Both the position numbers and the translations under genes were made by a program. A stretch of 64,000 nucleotides of DNA, from positions 2,831,422-2,895,421 of the forward strand of contig CAXXJV010000001.1 in NCBI GenBank assembly GCA_963663475.2, read 5' to 3'. This stretch comes from Candidatus Cloacimonadales bacterium. GTDB taxonomy: Bacteria; Cloacimonadota; Cloacimonadia; Cloacimonadales; JAFGVF01. Numbering within the stretch: position 1 is the stretch's first letter; every line of letters starts with the position of its first letter. Shown in pieces: positions 1 through 9,429 of the stretch. Below the pieces are notes generated by a model that was given only the letters and a program-made list of their open reading frames with translations, made no database searches and was not told the DNA's origin.

Positions 1-194
1 ATGTTATCATGTATTACTTCTTCTTTAAAGAAGCCATTCAACTTAATTTTTACAGTTGTTACCTGCTCATTTGAATCAAGAACAATAATTTCTGGTTCAG
101 TTGACTCTGGACTACCATTAAAACTAATCCATTGTTTAGCATAAGCCAACATTACAAACATTAACATCAAAGTCATCAACATAGTCTTTTTCAT
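1..194 (-). CDS. 5' part of a secreted protein, possibly C25 (gingipain-like) peptidase propeptide; runs off window
   Basis: ATG at 194 after AGGAGA; MKKTMLMTLMLMFVMLAYA signal peptide then KQWISFNGSPESTEPEIIVLDSNEQVTTVKIKLNGF, similar to C25 propeptide starts. Confidence 0.55.
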   Translation of the reverse strand, partial: MKKTMLMTLMLMFVMLAYAKQWISFNGSPESTEPEIIVLDSNEQVTTVKIKLNGFFKEEVIHDN

Positions 195-394
195 AATTTC
201 TCCTTTTTTTTCTAAATTCTCTTCAATTGTTTAGTTAATCTATAATACAAAAATAATATTTGCTTTTAAGTCTGTCAATAGTAATTTACTTTTTTCTAAG
301 TTTTCTTGTATAAAGTATCTGCAATAAAAGGTTTATTCCATTCATGATAAGTTTTTAATTCCACAAAAAGAGGCTATTGTTGCATAAACGTAAA

Positions 395-418
395 AAGGGA
401 CTGATTTCTCAGTCCCTT
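395..418 (-). terminator. Rho-independent terminator of ppdK
   Basis: AAGGGACTGA-TTTC-TCAGTCCCTT stem, T-tail on minus strand. Confidence 0.85.
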
Positions 419-445
419 CTATATATTATTTATTTCTTAGAATTA

Positions 446-3175
446 TTATCTAGGATTCTTAACAGCAGCTTGAGCAGCAGCTAATCTAGCGATAGGCACA
501 CGGAAAGGTGAACATGAAACATAGTTCATACCAACGCCGTGGCAGAATTCAACAGAAGAAGGTTCTCCACCGTGTTCGCCACAGATACCAACTTTAAGGT
601 CAGGTCTTGAAGTTCTACCTTTTTCAGTACCCATTTGAACTAATTGACCAACACCAGTTTGATCTAATTTTTGGAATGGATCATCTTTTAAGATACCTTT
701 TTCAAGATAGATTGGCAAGAATTTACCAGCATCGTCACGTGAATAACCAAATGTCATTTGAGTTAAATCATTGGTACCAAATGAGAAGAACTCAGCATGT
801 TTAGCTATAGCATCAGCAGTTAAAGCAGCTCTAGGAATTTCAATCATAGTACCTACCATGAAATCAACCTTAGCGCCTTTTTCTGCAAAAACAGTTTCAG
901 CAGTTTCTCTGATTATAGTCTCTTGAAGTTGGAATTCTTCAACAGTACCGATAAGAGGAACCATGATTTCAGGATGTACATCAACCCCTTCTTTCTTAAC
1001 ATTAACAGCAGCTTCGATAATAGCTCTAGCTTGCATAGCAGTGATTTCAGGATATGTGTTACCTAAACGACAACCTCTATGACCAAGCATTGGGTTAAAT
1101 TCAGCTAATTCTTCAACTTTAGCTTTAACTTCTTCTACAGAAATGCCCATTTCATCAGCCATAATCTTCTGGTTTTCATCCTCATGAGGAACGAACTCAT
1201 GGAGAGGTGGATCTAACAATCTGATAGTTACACCAAAGCCATCCATAGCTCTGAAAATGCCTTCAAAGTCTTCTCTTTGATAAGGAAGAATCTTAGCAAG
1301 AGCAACTTCTCTACCAGCTGTATCTTCAGCAAGAATCATTTCACGAACCGCTTTAATTCTTTCGCCTTCGAAGAACATATGTTCTGTACGGCAAAGACCA
1401 ATACCTTGTGCACCAAAGTTACGAGCAACTAGAGCATCATTAGGAGTATCGGCATTAGTTCTCACATACATATTTGAATATTTGTCTGCAATTGTCATTA
1501 ATTTACCGAATGTACCTGATAATTCAGGATCGATAGTTTTGATTTTGCCACTATAAACTTCACCAGTAGAGCCATTAAGAGAGATGTAATCATCTTCTTT
1601 ATATACTTTACCATCAATAGTTAAAGTTCTTTCACGATAGTTGATTTTTAAAGCACCAACACCAGATACACAGCATTTACCCATTCCACGAGCCACAACA
1701 GCTGCGTGAGATGTCATACCACCGCGAGCAGTTAAGATACCTTCAGCTGAATCCATACCTGATAAATCTTCAGGAGATGTTTCGATTCTAACTAAGATAA
1801 TCTTTTCACCAGCAGCATATCTTTTTACAGCTTCGTCTGAGAAGAAACAGATTTTTCCTGTAGCAGCACCAGGAGATGCAGGTAAACCTTTAGCTAAAGT
1901 TTTAGCACTTGCAAGGGCTTCTTTATCAAATACTGGGTGGAGAAGTTCATCTAACTTGTTAGGTTCAACTCTTAATAAAGCTGTTTTTTCATCAATGAAA
2001 CCTTCTTCAACCATTTCAACAGCCATTCTTACCATAGCTGCACCAGTTCTTTTACCATTTCTTGTCTGAAGTAACCATAATTTACCATCTTGAATGGTAA
2101 ATTCAAGGTCTTGCATATCTTTATAATGGTTTTCGAGTTTTACTTGAATATCATTTAATTCTTTATAAACGGTAGGCATAGTTTCTTCTAAAGAAGGGAA
2201 TTTAGCTTTTCTATCTTCTTCAGAAACACCAGCTAATTTAGCCCATCTACGTGAACCTTCAAGAGTAATTTCTTGAGGGGTTCTAACACCAGCAACAACG
2301 TCTTCACCTTGAGCATTGATTAAATACTCACCATTGAAGATGTTTTCACCAGTAGCTGCATCACGGGTAAATGCAACACCAGTAGCTGAATTTTCACCCA
2401 TGTTACCATAAACCATAGCCTGTACATTAACAGCTGTTCCCCATTCTCCAGGGATAGAGTTCATTTTTCTATAATAGATAGCTCTATCATTATTCCAGCT
2501 ACCAAAAACAGCAAAAATTGCACCCCATAATTGATCCCAAGGATCGTTAGGGAAGTCTTTACCTGTATTTTCTTTAACAGCTACTTTGAATTTTGCAACT
2601 AGTTCTTTTAAGTCTTCAACTGTTAAATCTAAATCATTATCAATATTTTTTGCTTCTTTAACAGATTCAATGATTTCTTCAAAAGGATCAATATCTTCTT
2701 TTGATTTTGGTTTCATATCCATAACAACGTCGCCATACATTTGGACAAAACGGCGGTAGGAATCCCATGCAAATCTATCATTACCTGTTCTTTTAGCAAT
2801 GCCTTCAACAGCATCATCATTTAATCCTAAGTTTAAAACAGTGTCCATCATACCTGGCATAGAAATTCTTGCACCAGAGCGAACTGAAAGTAAAAGTGGA
2901 TTTTCACTTGAGCCAAATTCTGTTCCAAGAATCTTTTCTAAGTTAGCAATAGCTTTTTCAACTTCTGCTTTTAATAACTCTTTTGATTTTTCTTGGCCAA
3001 CTTGGTTGTATTCTGTACATACATCAGTTGTGATAGTGAATCCTGGAGGTACTGGAACACCTATCAAGTTCATCTCTGCTAAGTTAGCACCTTTTCCACC
3101 CAATAGGTTTTTCATTGTGCTATTACCTTCTGCTTTTCCATCGCCAAATAAATAAACGCGCTTCATGTCGGACAT
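446..3175 (-). CDS. ppdK: Pyruvate, phosphate dikinase
   Basis: LGGKGANLAEM, SVRSGA, GGMTSHAAVVARG (catalytic His), GICGEHGG; start moved to ATG 3175 after GGAGG. Confidence 0.98.
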   Translation of the reverse strand: MSDMKRVYLFGDGKAEGNSTMKNLLGGKGANLAEMNLIGVPVPPGFTITTDVCTEYNQVGQEKSKELLKAEVEKAIANLEKILGTEFGSSENPLLLSVRSGARISMPGMMDTVLNLGLNDDAVEGIAKRTGNDRFAWDSYRRFVQMYGDVVMDMKPKSKEDIDPFEEIIESVKEAKNIDNDLDLTVEDLKELVAKFKVAVKENTGKDFPNDPWDQLWGAIFAVFGSWNNDRAIYYRKMNSIPGEWGTAVNVQAMVYGNMGENSATGVAFTRDAATGENIFNGEYLINAQGEDVVAGVRTPQEITLEGSRRWAKLAGVSEEDRKAKFPSLEETMPTVYKELNDIQVKLENHYKDMQDLEFTIQDGKLWLLQTRNGKRTGAAMVRMAVEMVEEGFIDEKTALLRVEPNKLDELLHPVFDKEALASAKTLAKGLPASPGAATGKICFFSDEAVKRYAAGEKIILVRIETSPEDLSGMDSAEGILTARGGMTSHAAVVARGMGKCCVSGVGALKINYRERTLTIDGKVYKEDDYISLNGSTGEVYSGKIKTIDPELSGTFGKLMTIADKYSNMYVRTNADTPNDALVARNFGAQGIGLCRTEHMFFEGERIKAVREMILAEDTAGREVALAKILPYQREDFEGIFRAMDGFGVTIRLLDPPLHEFVPHEDENQKIMADEMGISVEEVKAKVEELAEFNPMLGHRGCRLGNTYPEITAMQARAIIEAAVNVKKEGVDVHPEIMVPLIGTVEEFQLQETIIRETAETVFAEKGAKVDFMVGTMIEIPRAALTADAIAKHAEFFSFGTNDLTQMTFGYSRDDAGKFLPIYLEKGILKDDPFQKLDQTGVGQLVQMGTEKGRTSRPDLKVGICGEHGGEPSSVEFCHGVGMNYVSCSPFRVPIARLAAAQAAVKNPR

Positions 3176-3280
3176 TATTCCTCCCAATTATTTTAGGTTT
3201 ATTTTCTTATCTATTAATACTTTATATTCGTATTTTTTCATCTAAACATATCTATTAAAACATGCAAATCTGTCAATAAT

Positions 3281-3709
3281 TTATTTTATGCCCTTACCCA
3301 AATTAAACTTGGCTTTAAAATAGTTTTCCTTAATTTTTTGAGACTGATCTAAGAAATAATCAATACCCTGACTCTTTATCAGGCTTAAGTTATATACTTT
3401 TAAGTTGTGAGGGTACTTGTCTGCTCCATCTACCAAAGGATGTAGTTTTAAACAAGGGAAATCATTACATTCAAAACAGTAACGAATATCCTTATCTAAA
3501 GCACATTTATAAGTTTCACATTGGCCCTGCATTACTGGACATTTACCCAGATTTGCATTGCATCCGGAGCAAGGTAACTTATCTTTAGGAATCCCTTGAG
3601 CAAGTAAATAATCAAATAGTTGAGGGTTATCTTTACATAGATATAATTCACATACAGAACAGTCTAATCCGCATTTAGCAACCATTCCTTCTCTTTTGTT
3701 CGAATACAT
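3281..3709 (-). CDS. DUF3795-like Cys-rich protein
   Basis: CGLDCSVC...CSGC...C...C..KC...YCFECNDFPC pattern; ATG 3709 after GGGAGA. Confidence 0.8.
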   Translation of the reverse strand: MYSNKREGMVAKCGLDCSVCELYLCKDNPQLFDYLLAQGIPKDKLPCSGCNANLGKCPVMQGQCETYKCALDKDIRYCFECNDFPCLKLHPLVDGADKYPHNLKVYNLSLIKSQGIDYFLDQSQKIKENYFKAKFNLGKGIK

Positions 3710-3762
3710 TTTTCTCTCCCTTAATAACAAAATGATTCACTTGTTTTCTTTTAAATTTTTAA

Positions 3763-3836
3763 CTCGAATGGTGCAGTAGAGTTTTAGAGAAGAGTGCATC
3801 TTCTGCTATTCTCAAAGATCTACAGCATTATTTGAG
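3763..3836. mobile_element. Family A MITE-like element, internally deleted copy
   Basis: CTCGAATGGTGCAGTAGAG...CTACAGCATTATTTGAG flanked by TTTAA on both sides. Confidence 0.8.
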
Positions 3837-3993
3837 TTTAACAGTATAGTCTTTTGTAATTGAGTATATTATAGGAAGTTATTTAATCGAAACAGATATT
3901 TGTGTCAAGTTAAATATCTGTTAATATTTTTTTTTCATGCTAAGCTACTTGTAGGATATTCATCCATGAATTAGAGCAGTTAGGGCAATTTAA

Positions 3994-4035
3994 CCTCAAT
4001 AGTGCAATTCGCTAAAGCCTACTGCATTACTAGGG
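3994..4035. mobile_element. Family A mini copy
   Basis: CCTCAATAGTGCA...CTACTGCATTACTAGGG flanked by TTTAA/TTTAA. Confidence 0.65.
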
Positions 4036-4130
4036 TTTAATCATCTTACTACTTAGTGTTTTTAAAAGCAACTCATCTAGAGATTTCGTGCTTAAAATAC
4101 ACTAATAATTTAAAGAGATTATTTTTTTCC

Positions 4131-4158
4131 TTGACATATAACTCTTCATTACTATTAT
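4131..4158 (+). promoter_or_regulatory. sigma70-type promoter
   Basis: TTGACA-16 nt-TATTAT upstream of small ORF 4204. Confidence 0.6.
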
Positions 4159-4203
4159 TATACCATAAGTATAGTTGATGATATTTAAAGTAAAGGAGAT
4201 AGT

Positions 4204-4344
4204 ATGTTTTTAGCTTTTATGAGATGGAAACAAAGACTCTTTTTTGCAGTAACAGAATTGTTTATCTCAAAAAAGAAGAACTGTGAAATTTACTACGACG
4301 AAGATTTACAGCGATATCGGGAAGAACAGCATATCTGGTATTAA
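4204..4344 (+). CDS. 46-aa small protein of unknown function
   Basis: AAGGAG RBS; MFLAFMRWKQRLFFAVTELFISKKKNCEIYYDEDLQRYREEQHIWY*; below ORF-track cutoff. Confidence 0.6.
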   Translation: MFLAFMRWKQRLFFAVTELFISKKKNCEIYYDEDLQRYREEQHIWY

Positions 4345-4367
4345 ACTTAATACTAATGTAGCTATAA

Positions 4368-4400
4368 GCCCAATAGTGCAATAATGCTTTGCGAATAGCT
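4368..4400. repeat. Family A single terminal arm (degenerate)
   Basis: GCCCAATAGTGCAATAATGCTTTGCGAATAGC matches the element terminus. Confidence 0.55.
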
Positions 4401-4569
4401 GATTGACTTTTGTAAAGGTAAGTTCCATAATTTTCAGAAATATATATTTTTATATGACTTAATTTTATGTAACATGTTTTACTAAAAGAAGATTAGGCTA
4501 TATATCAAAGTACTACTACATCATTTAGTTATAACATAGTCAACTATTTATTAAAGGTAAGGAGAAAAA

Positions 4570-5277
4570 ATGAAGATTGCAGATTTAAAGATTAACAGAA
4601 TATTAGATTTAGCAACCGGAGTGGGTCAGTTTATACCCTACTTATTAAATGAAAACAAGAGTATTACCCAAGTGATTGGTCTTGATATTTGTGAAAGATC
4701 AATAGCTCAAGCAGAAAAGAACTTTCAAGATGAGAGCAAGGTTTCGTTTATGAAAGTGGATGCAGAATCTTTACCTTTTGCTAATGATTCTTTTGATGCA
4801 ATCTCTATTAATAATTCATTGCATCATTTCGAAAAGATTGGGCAAGTATTAGCCGAAGCAAGAAGAGTCTTATCTCCTGCTGGCTATCTTATTGTTAATG
4901 AAATGACTAGTGATTCTGAACAAAGCCAAGCTCAACAAAGTCATATATTAATCCACCATTGGTTTGCCGAGATTGATAGACAAATGGGGCGTTTTCATGA
5001 TGAGACTTACACAAGTAAAAAACTTAGGGAATTAGTTAAATCTAATGGTTTTGAGATTATTGAAGAGGAAATCTATAATCAGGAAATAGCTAATCCTAAA
5101 GATGAGAAATTTATTGAAAATTATACTAGGATTATTAGTCAGACTAAAGAAAGGCTGGTTACTAAACTTCCTGACATTCTGGTAAGTAAAGCAGAAGACA
5201 TAATTAAACACTTGCAAAACTATGGTTATTCACCAGCCAAAGCCATAATGATGATTGCAAAAAAAAATGAGGAATAA
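4570..5277 (+). CDS. Class I SAM-dependent methyltransferase
   Basis: ILDLATGVG, GLD, DAESLPFANDSFDAI, RVLSPAG. Confidence 0.9.
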   Translation: MKIADLKINRILDLATGVGQFIPYLLNENKSITQVIGLDICERSIAQAEKNFQDESKVSFMKVDAESLPFANDSFDAISINNSLHHFEKIGQVLAEARRVLSPAGYLIVNEMTSDSEQSQAQQSHILIHHWFAEIDRQMGRFHDETYTSKKLRELVKSNGFEIIEEEIYNQEIANPKDEKFIENYTRIISQTKERLVTKLPDILVSKAEDIIKHLQNYGYSPAKAIMMIAKKNEE

Positions 5278-6521
5278 TGAATTTACATATAAAAAATATC
5301 AAGCAGGATAATTACCAAGACACCTATAGAATACTGGGAAACTCATATCCTGATATGAAAATATCCCAAGATAAAGCTTTTGAATGGTTTGATAAGATTA
5401 ATGATGATGGTGGAAGCAGAAACTTTTGGGGAGGATTTTATAAAGATAAGCAAGTAAGTGTCTTTGTAACTAATAATTTTACCATGAATTTTAGAGGACA
5501 CATGATTCCTGCTGGTGGAATAGGAATGGTTGCAGTTGATTTGCTTTATAAAAAAGAAAGAGTCTGTAAGCAAATGATTGAATTTTACCAAAACTATTAT
5601 GAAGATAAAAATACCAATATGTTGGTTTTATATCCCTTCCGACCCGACTTTTATAATAAAATGGGCTTTGGTATGGGTTCGAGCCTACATACCTATTCTA
5701 TTGAGCCAAAGTATTTTCCTAAATTTGAAAAATCTAAGAAACTTGAATATGGCAATATTGATGATTTAACTGAGATAACAAACTTTTTCAACCAGCAGGT
5801 TACCAGAGAACACGGAGCTATGTTAAGAGAAGAACGAGAGTTTGAAGCCTGGTTAAAATCACCTCAAATAAGATGTTTACTTTACAAGGATGAGGGGGTT
5901 ATTCAAGGCTATATGTTCTTTGGATTTGTAGAAAGACCAGCTCAGGATAAAGGGTCTTTTGACCTTAAAATAAAGGAGATGCAGTTTGAAAGTGTTGATG
6001 TTTGGAGACAGTTTTCTACTTTTCTAAACTCGCAAATGGACCAAGTTAAACGTATTCAATATATGACATATGACCCTGATTTTTATCACTACTTTGCTAA
6101 TTCAGTAAATGAGTCTAAAGAATACTATCATCTTATTCACCAGAACTTTAGCTTTGAAAAAACTGGGCTCATGTATAAAATTGCTAATCCAGTAGATTTT
6201 ATGGAAAATCTAAATCCAAAAACTTTTGAAACACAAAATTTAAAGGTGAGATTTATTATTGAAAATGAGTTATCTCAAAAAAATAAAAAATTTATATTGA
6301 CGTATAACTTCGCAATAGGCAAAATTGTCAATAATGATAGTAATGTTGATTTAACACTTACAATGAACTTGGCTAGATTTTCATCTATTCTTATGGGTTC
6401 ATTGTCGTTTTCTTCAGCAGCCAAGCATGGATTAGTTGAAATTGATAATAAAAATTACATTGACTGCGTTGATAAGTTGTTTAGGACAAAGAATATGCCA
6501 ACTGGCTATAATGAATTTTAG
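5277..6521 (+). CDS. Eis-like GNAT acetyltransferase with C-terminal SCP2-like domain
   Basis: GGIGMVAV, LYPFRPDFYNKMGF, ~410 aa Eis architecture; TAATG coupling to upstream gene. Confidence 0.85.
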   Translation: MNLHIKNIKQDNYQDTYRILGNSYPDMKISQDKAFEWFDKINDDGGSRNFWGGFYKDKQVSVFVTNNFTMNFRGHMIPAGGIGMVAVDLLYKKERVCKQMIEFYQNYYEDKNTNMLVLYPFRPDFYNKMGFGMGSSLHTYSIEPKYFPKFEKSKKLEYGNIDDLTEITNFFNQQVTREHGAMLREEREFEAWLKSPQIRCLLYKDEGVIQGYMFFGFVERPAQDKGSFDLKIKEMQFESVDVWRQFSTFLNSQMDQVKRIQYMTYDPDFYHYFANSVNESKEYYHLIHQNFSFEKTGLMYKIANPVDFMENLNPKTFETQNLKVRFIIENELSQKNKKFILTYNFAIGKIVNNDSNVDLTLTMNLARFSSILMGSLSFSSAAKHGLVEIDNKNYIDCVDKLFRTKNMPTGYNEF

Positions 6522-6561
6522 AGAACTTATCCTCCTCTCATATATCTAAATCACATCCAAG

Positions 6562-6589
6562 AAAGCCGGAGAAATTCGGCTTTTCTTTT
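6562..6589 (+). terminator. Rho-independent terminator
   Basis: AAAGCCGGA-GAAA-TTCGGCTTT followed by TCTTTT. Confidence 0.75.
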
Positions 6590-6608
6590 ATTCTTAAGGG
6601 AATATCTA

Positions 6609-7517
6609 ATGAAAATTCAGAATATTATTGAAGAGTACTTGCAATATCTAAAAGCTTTAGGAAAAAGTGAAAATACGCTTGCTGCCTATCGAAGAGATTT
6701 AAATCAGTTTAGGGACTTTCTCTTTAGCAAATACGATAAAGATTTATTAATTAGTCATATTGATAGATATATTATTAGAGATTTTATGGGTTATCTCTAT
6801 GAAGAAATGTCTAACACTAACAGATCTATTTCCCGAAAATTAACTGCTCTCAAAGGAATCTTTAAGTACTGTCTTACCCATAACTATATTGATAAAAATC
6901 CTACTCTCACCATGAAAAATCCTAAGTATGAGAAGAAAATACCCCAATACTTTTCTGAAGAGGATATGGATTTTCTCTTATCACTACCTAACCTCTCTTC
7001 TAAGTTCGGAGTAAGAAATCTGGCCTTACTGGAGCTGTTTTATTCTTCAGGACTAAGAATATCTGAAATGATTATTCTAACTTTAAGGAGTATTGATTTT
7101 AATAAACAAATTGTAAAGGTCCTAGGTAAGGGTAATAAAAGTCGCTTAGTCCCCATAGGGAGTAAAGCTCTTCAAGCTATTAATAACTATCTAGCTATCC
7201 GCCATTCATTTGTTTCAGAGTTCAGTGGTGATATTCTCTTTTTATCCAAATCTGGAAGACCATTATCCCGCAAAGAGCTAGCAACTATCTTAAATCAATA
7301 CCTCAAACTTGTTGGTCAGAAAAAAGGTTATTCTCCTCATACCTTAAGACATACATTTGCTACCCATATGCTTAGTCATGGAGCTGATTTAAGAGCTATC
7401 CAAGAGATGTTAGGACATGCCAATCTCTCCACAACAGAAATTTATACTCATGTGTCACTAAGAGATTTGACTAAGGCTGTTAATGATTTGCATCCTAGAA
7501 GTAAGAAGAAAGATTGA
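6609..7517 (+). CDS. xerC: Tyrosine recombinase XerC/XerD
   Basis: NTLAAYRRDL, YSSGLRISE, GKGNK, HTLRHTFATH, LGHA, TEIYTHV; XerC vs XerD not certain. Confidence 0.85.
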   Translation: MKIQNIIEEYLQYLKALGKSENTLAAYRRDLNQFRDFLFSKYDKDLLISHIDRYIIRDFMGYLYEEMSNTNRSISRKLTALKGIFKYCLTHNYIDKNPTLTMKNPKYEKKIPQYFSEEDMDFLLSLPNLSSKFGVRNLALLELFYSSGLRISEMIILTLRSIDFNKQIVKVLGKGNKSRLVPIGSKALQAINNYLAIRHSFVSEFSGDILFLSKSGRPLSRKELATILNQYLKLVGQKKGYSPHTLRHTFATHMLSHGADLRAIQEMLGHANLSTTEIYTHVSLRDLTKAVNDLHPRSKKKD

Positions 7518-7860
7518 TTAAGCTCTCGTACATCATCCACGATACACTATTTGGACGAACAGCATCCATAATTAATAAGGAATATCCTGGCATTTTGTTC
7601 TTGAGAATTTGTTGTGCTTTTGAAAGTTTTAAAGCCACTTCTTCGTGTAAATATGCTTTATTTAGTCCATCATAAAAGTTCATTCTAAAAAAGTTTTTCG
7701 AGCTATTAGAATTCACTAAATCTACCAGGATTGAAGGATCAATGGTATTAACATCAACAAGTCCAGCATCAATAAATTTCTGTTCAGAAACAATTTCACT
7801 TACTGACTGATTAGATCCTGACTCTATAATTTTAACTAGTGTATTAACAACTCTTTTCAT
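7495..7860 (-). pseudogene. 3'-truncated D-Ala-D-Ala dipeptidase (M15, VanX/DdpX-like)
   Basis: GLVDV..IDPSILVDL...NF...Y...AYL..EVALKLSKAQ..L....GYSLLIMDAVRP matches the DdpX N-half; catalytic C-half absent. Confidence 0.7.
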
Positions 7861-7879
7861 ATTGACTCGACTTTCTTTA

Positions 7880-8188
7880 TTAATTCTTCAATTTATCTTC
7901 TACAGACTTAACCTTACCCTTTATTCTATCTTGTTTAGAAGCTCTGAAATCTATTTTAATAGTAATTCCCAATCTCTCATAATCAGGAGCAAATTTATAG
8001 AAAATATCTCTTACTAAGTCCATGACATCATCGTACTTTCCTTCCAGAACAGAGCCCATGGGAGTTAGAAGATGATCTACTTTAGTATTTTGATTAATGA
8101 AATCGATAACTTGAGCTACGAAGGGAGAAAGACTAGGTCCTATATCGTAAGTTACAACAACTAGTTCGCAGATAATATTTGTATTCAT
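7880..8188 (-). CDS. MTH1187/YkoF-family thiamine-binding protein
   Basis: SLSPFVAQVI, LTPMGSVLEG, IKIDFR...KVKSVE. Confidence 0.85.
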   Translation of the reverse strand: MNTNIICELVVVTYDIGPSLSPFVAQVIDFINQNTKVDHLLTPMGSVLEGKYDDVMDLVRDIFYKFAPDYERLGITIKIDFRASKQDRIKGKVKSVEDKLKN

Positions 8189-8217
8189 ATTAACCTCTTC
8201 TTGATAAGTAAATTAGA

Positions 8218-8249
8218 CCTATATCCAACTCTATCGAGAAGGATATAGG
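8218..8249 (-). terminator. Stem-loop after oxidoreductase beta gene
   Basis: CCTATATCC...GGATATAGG inverted repeat. Confidence 0.55.
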
Positions 8250-8273
8250 CTTATGTTTATTTCTTAAAATGCT

Positions 8274-9428
8274 TTATTTAAAGGCTTCCATACCAGAGAA
8301 TTCCCGGTAGAGATCAAAAGACTTTAATTGCTTTTCATCATCAGCAGTAATTTCATTCAATACTATTTTAGTAAGAAGTTCACCTAAACCAGGACCTAAC
8401 ATAAAGCCTTGACCACACATACCAACTGCGTTGATAAAGTTTGGATATTCTTTAGTTCTTCCTACAATAGGGAAACCATCAGGAGTCATTGGGTATTGAC
8501 CTCTCCAAGTTCTTCTTAGCTTAAGATATTTCAAACGTGGGTAAATATCTAACATTCTTTTAGTAACTAGAGGGAGAAATTCTGAAGTTGAAAGATTATC
8601 AACACCTACAATTGGTGGGTCTGGAGTTATACAAAAGACAACTTGACCTTCATGATTTTGGTAGAAATAATAGTTTGCAGAACCTGGAGCTTTTCTCATA
8701 TCAATAACCATTGGCTCAAAGAATCTTTTGACAGGTTCGGTAATACCTGCTTCGTGATTGTCAGGAAATACAGGTAAATCAAGTCCTAGTTTCTTACCTA
8801 TTGCCCTTGCATTATTTCCTGAGGCATTTATTACATCCTGGCAAGAATATTTCCCTTTATTAGTAAGGACTGCTATTATTCTTCCATTTTCAACTTGGAA
8901 GTCTTCCACCTCTTCATTAAAATGAAATTCAGCACCTAGCTCACTAGCTCTTTTGTGGAAGGCAGACATAGCCATCAAAGGGGAGCATGAGCCATCTTCA
9001 GGAGAGAAAGTTGAACCTCTGAGACCTTCCATTTTAATTCCAGGAACTAACTTGTTATATTGATCAGGCGGAACCCACATGATATTGAGTCCCATTGACT
9101 GTAGAGACCTAACCATGGTTTGTAAGGTTTCGGAATCCTTATCATTCCAAGCTGGATATGAGTAACCATTTGATCTCCAACCGATATCGTAGTTATGTTT
9201 TTCTTTCCAGCTTGAGAAGATTTCAATAGACCTTTTACATACTGATAACTTACCATAATCAGAATGAGTAGCTCTAACTCCACCTATAGCCTTTTTATTG
9301 TTTGATTGTCCTGGTCCAGATAACTCATCTAAGACAAGAACTTTTTTACCTTTTTCACAGAGAGAAACAGCAGTTGGAACACCAACAGAACCAGCTCCAA
9401 TAATTATTACATCATAATTTTTATCCAT
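8274..9428 (-). CDS. FAD-dependent amine/amino-acid oxidoreductase (sarcosine oxidase beta / proline dehydrogenase beta-like)
   Basis: DVIIIGAGSVG, W.G.YPMTPDGFPIVG, GMCGQGFMLGPG; start ATG 9428. Confidence 0.88.
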   Translation of the reverse strand: MDKNYDVIIIGAGSVGVPTAVSLCEKGKKVLVLDELSGPGQSNNKKAIGGVRATHSDYGKLSVCKRSIEIFSSWKEKHNYDIGWRSNGYSYPAWNDKDSETLQTMVRSLQSMGLNIMWVPPDQYNKLVPGIKMEGLRGSTFSPEDGSCSPLMAMSAFHKRASELGAEFHFNEEVEDFQVENGRIIAVLTNKGKYSCQDVINASGNNARAIGKKLGLDLPVFPDNHEAGITEPVKRFFEPMVIDMRKAPGSANYYFYQNHEGQVVFCITPDPPIVGVDNLSTSEFLPLVTKRMLDIYPRLKYLKLRRTWRGQYPMTPDGFPIVGRTKEYPNFINAVGMCGQGFMLGPGLGELLTKIVLNEITADDEKQLKSFDLYREFSGMEAFK

Positions 9429-9429
9429 C

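Noticed and set aside
6609..7517. Prophage or island integrase
   Set aside because: Size and motifs fit chromosomal XerC/D; no att repeats, tRNA or phage genes are adjacent
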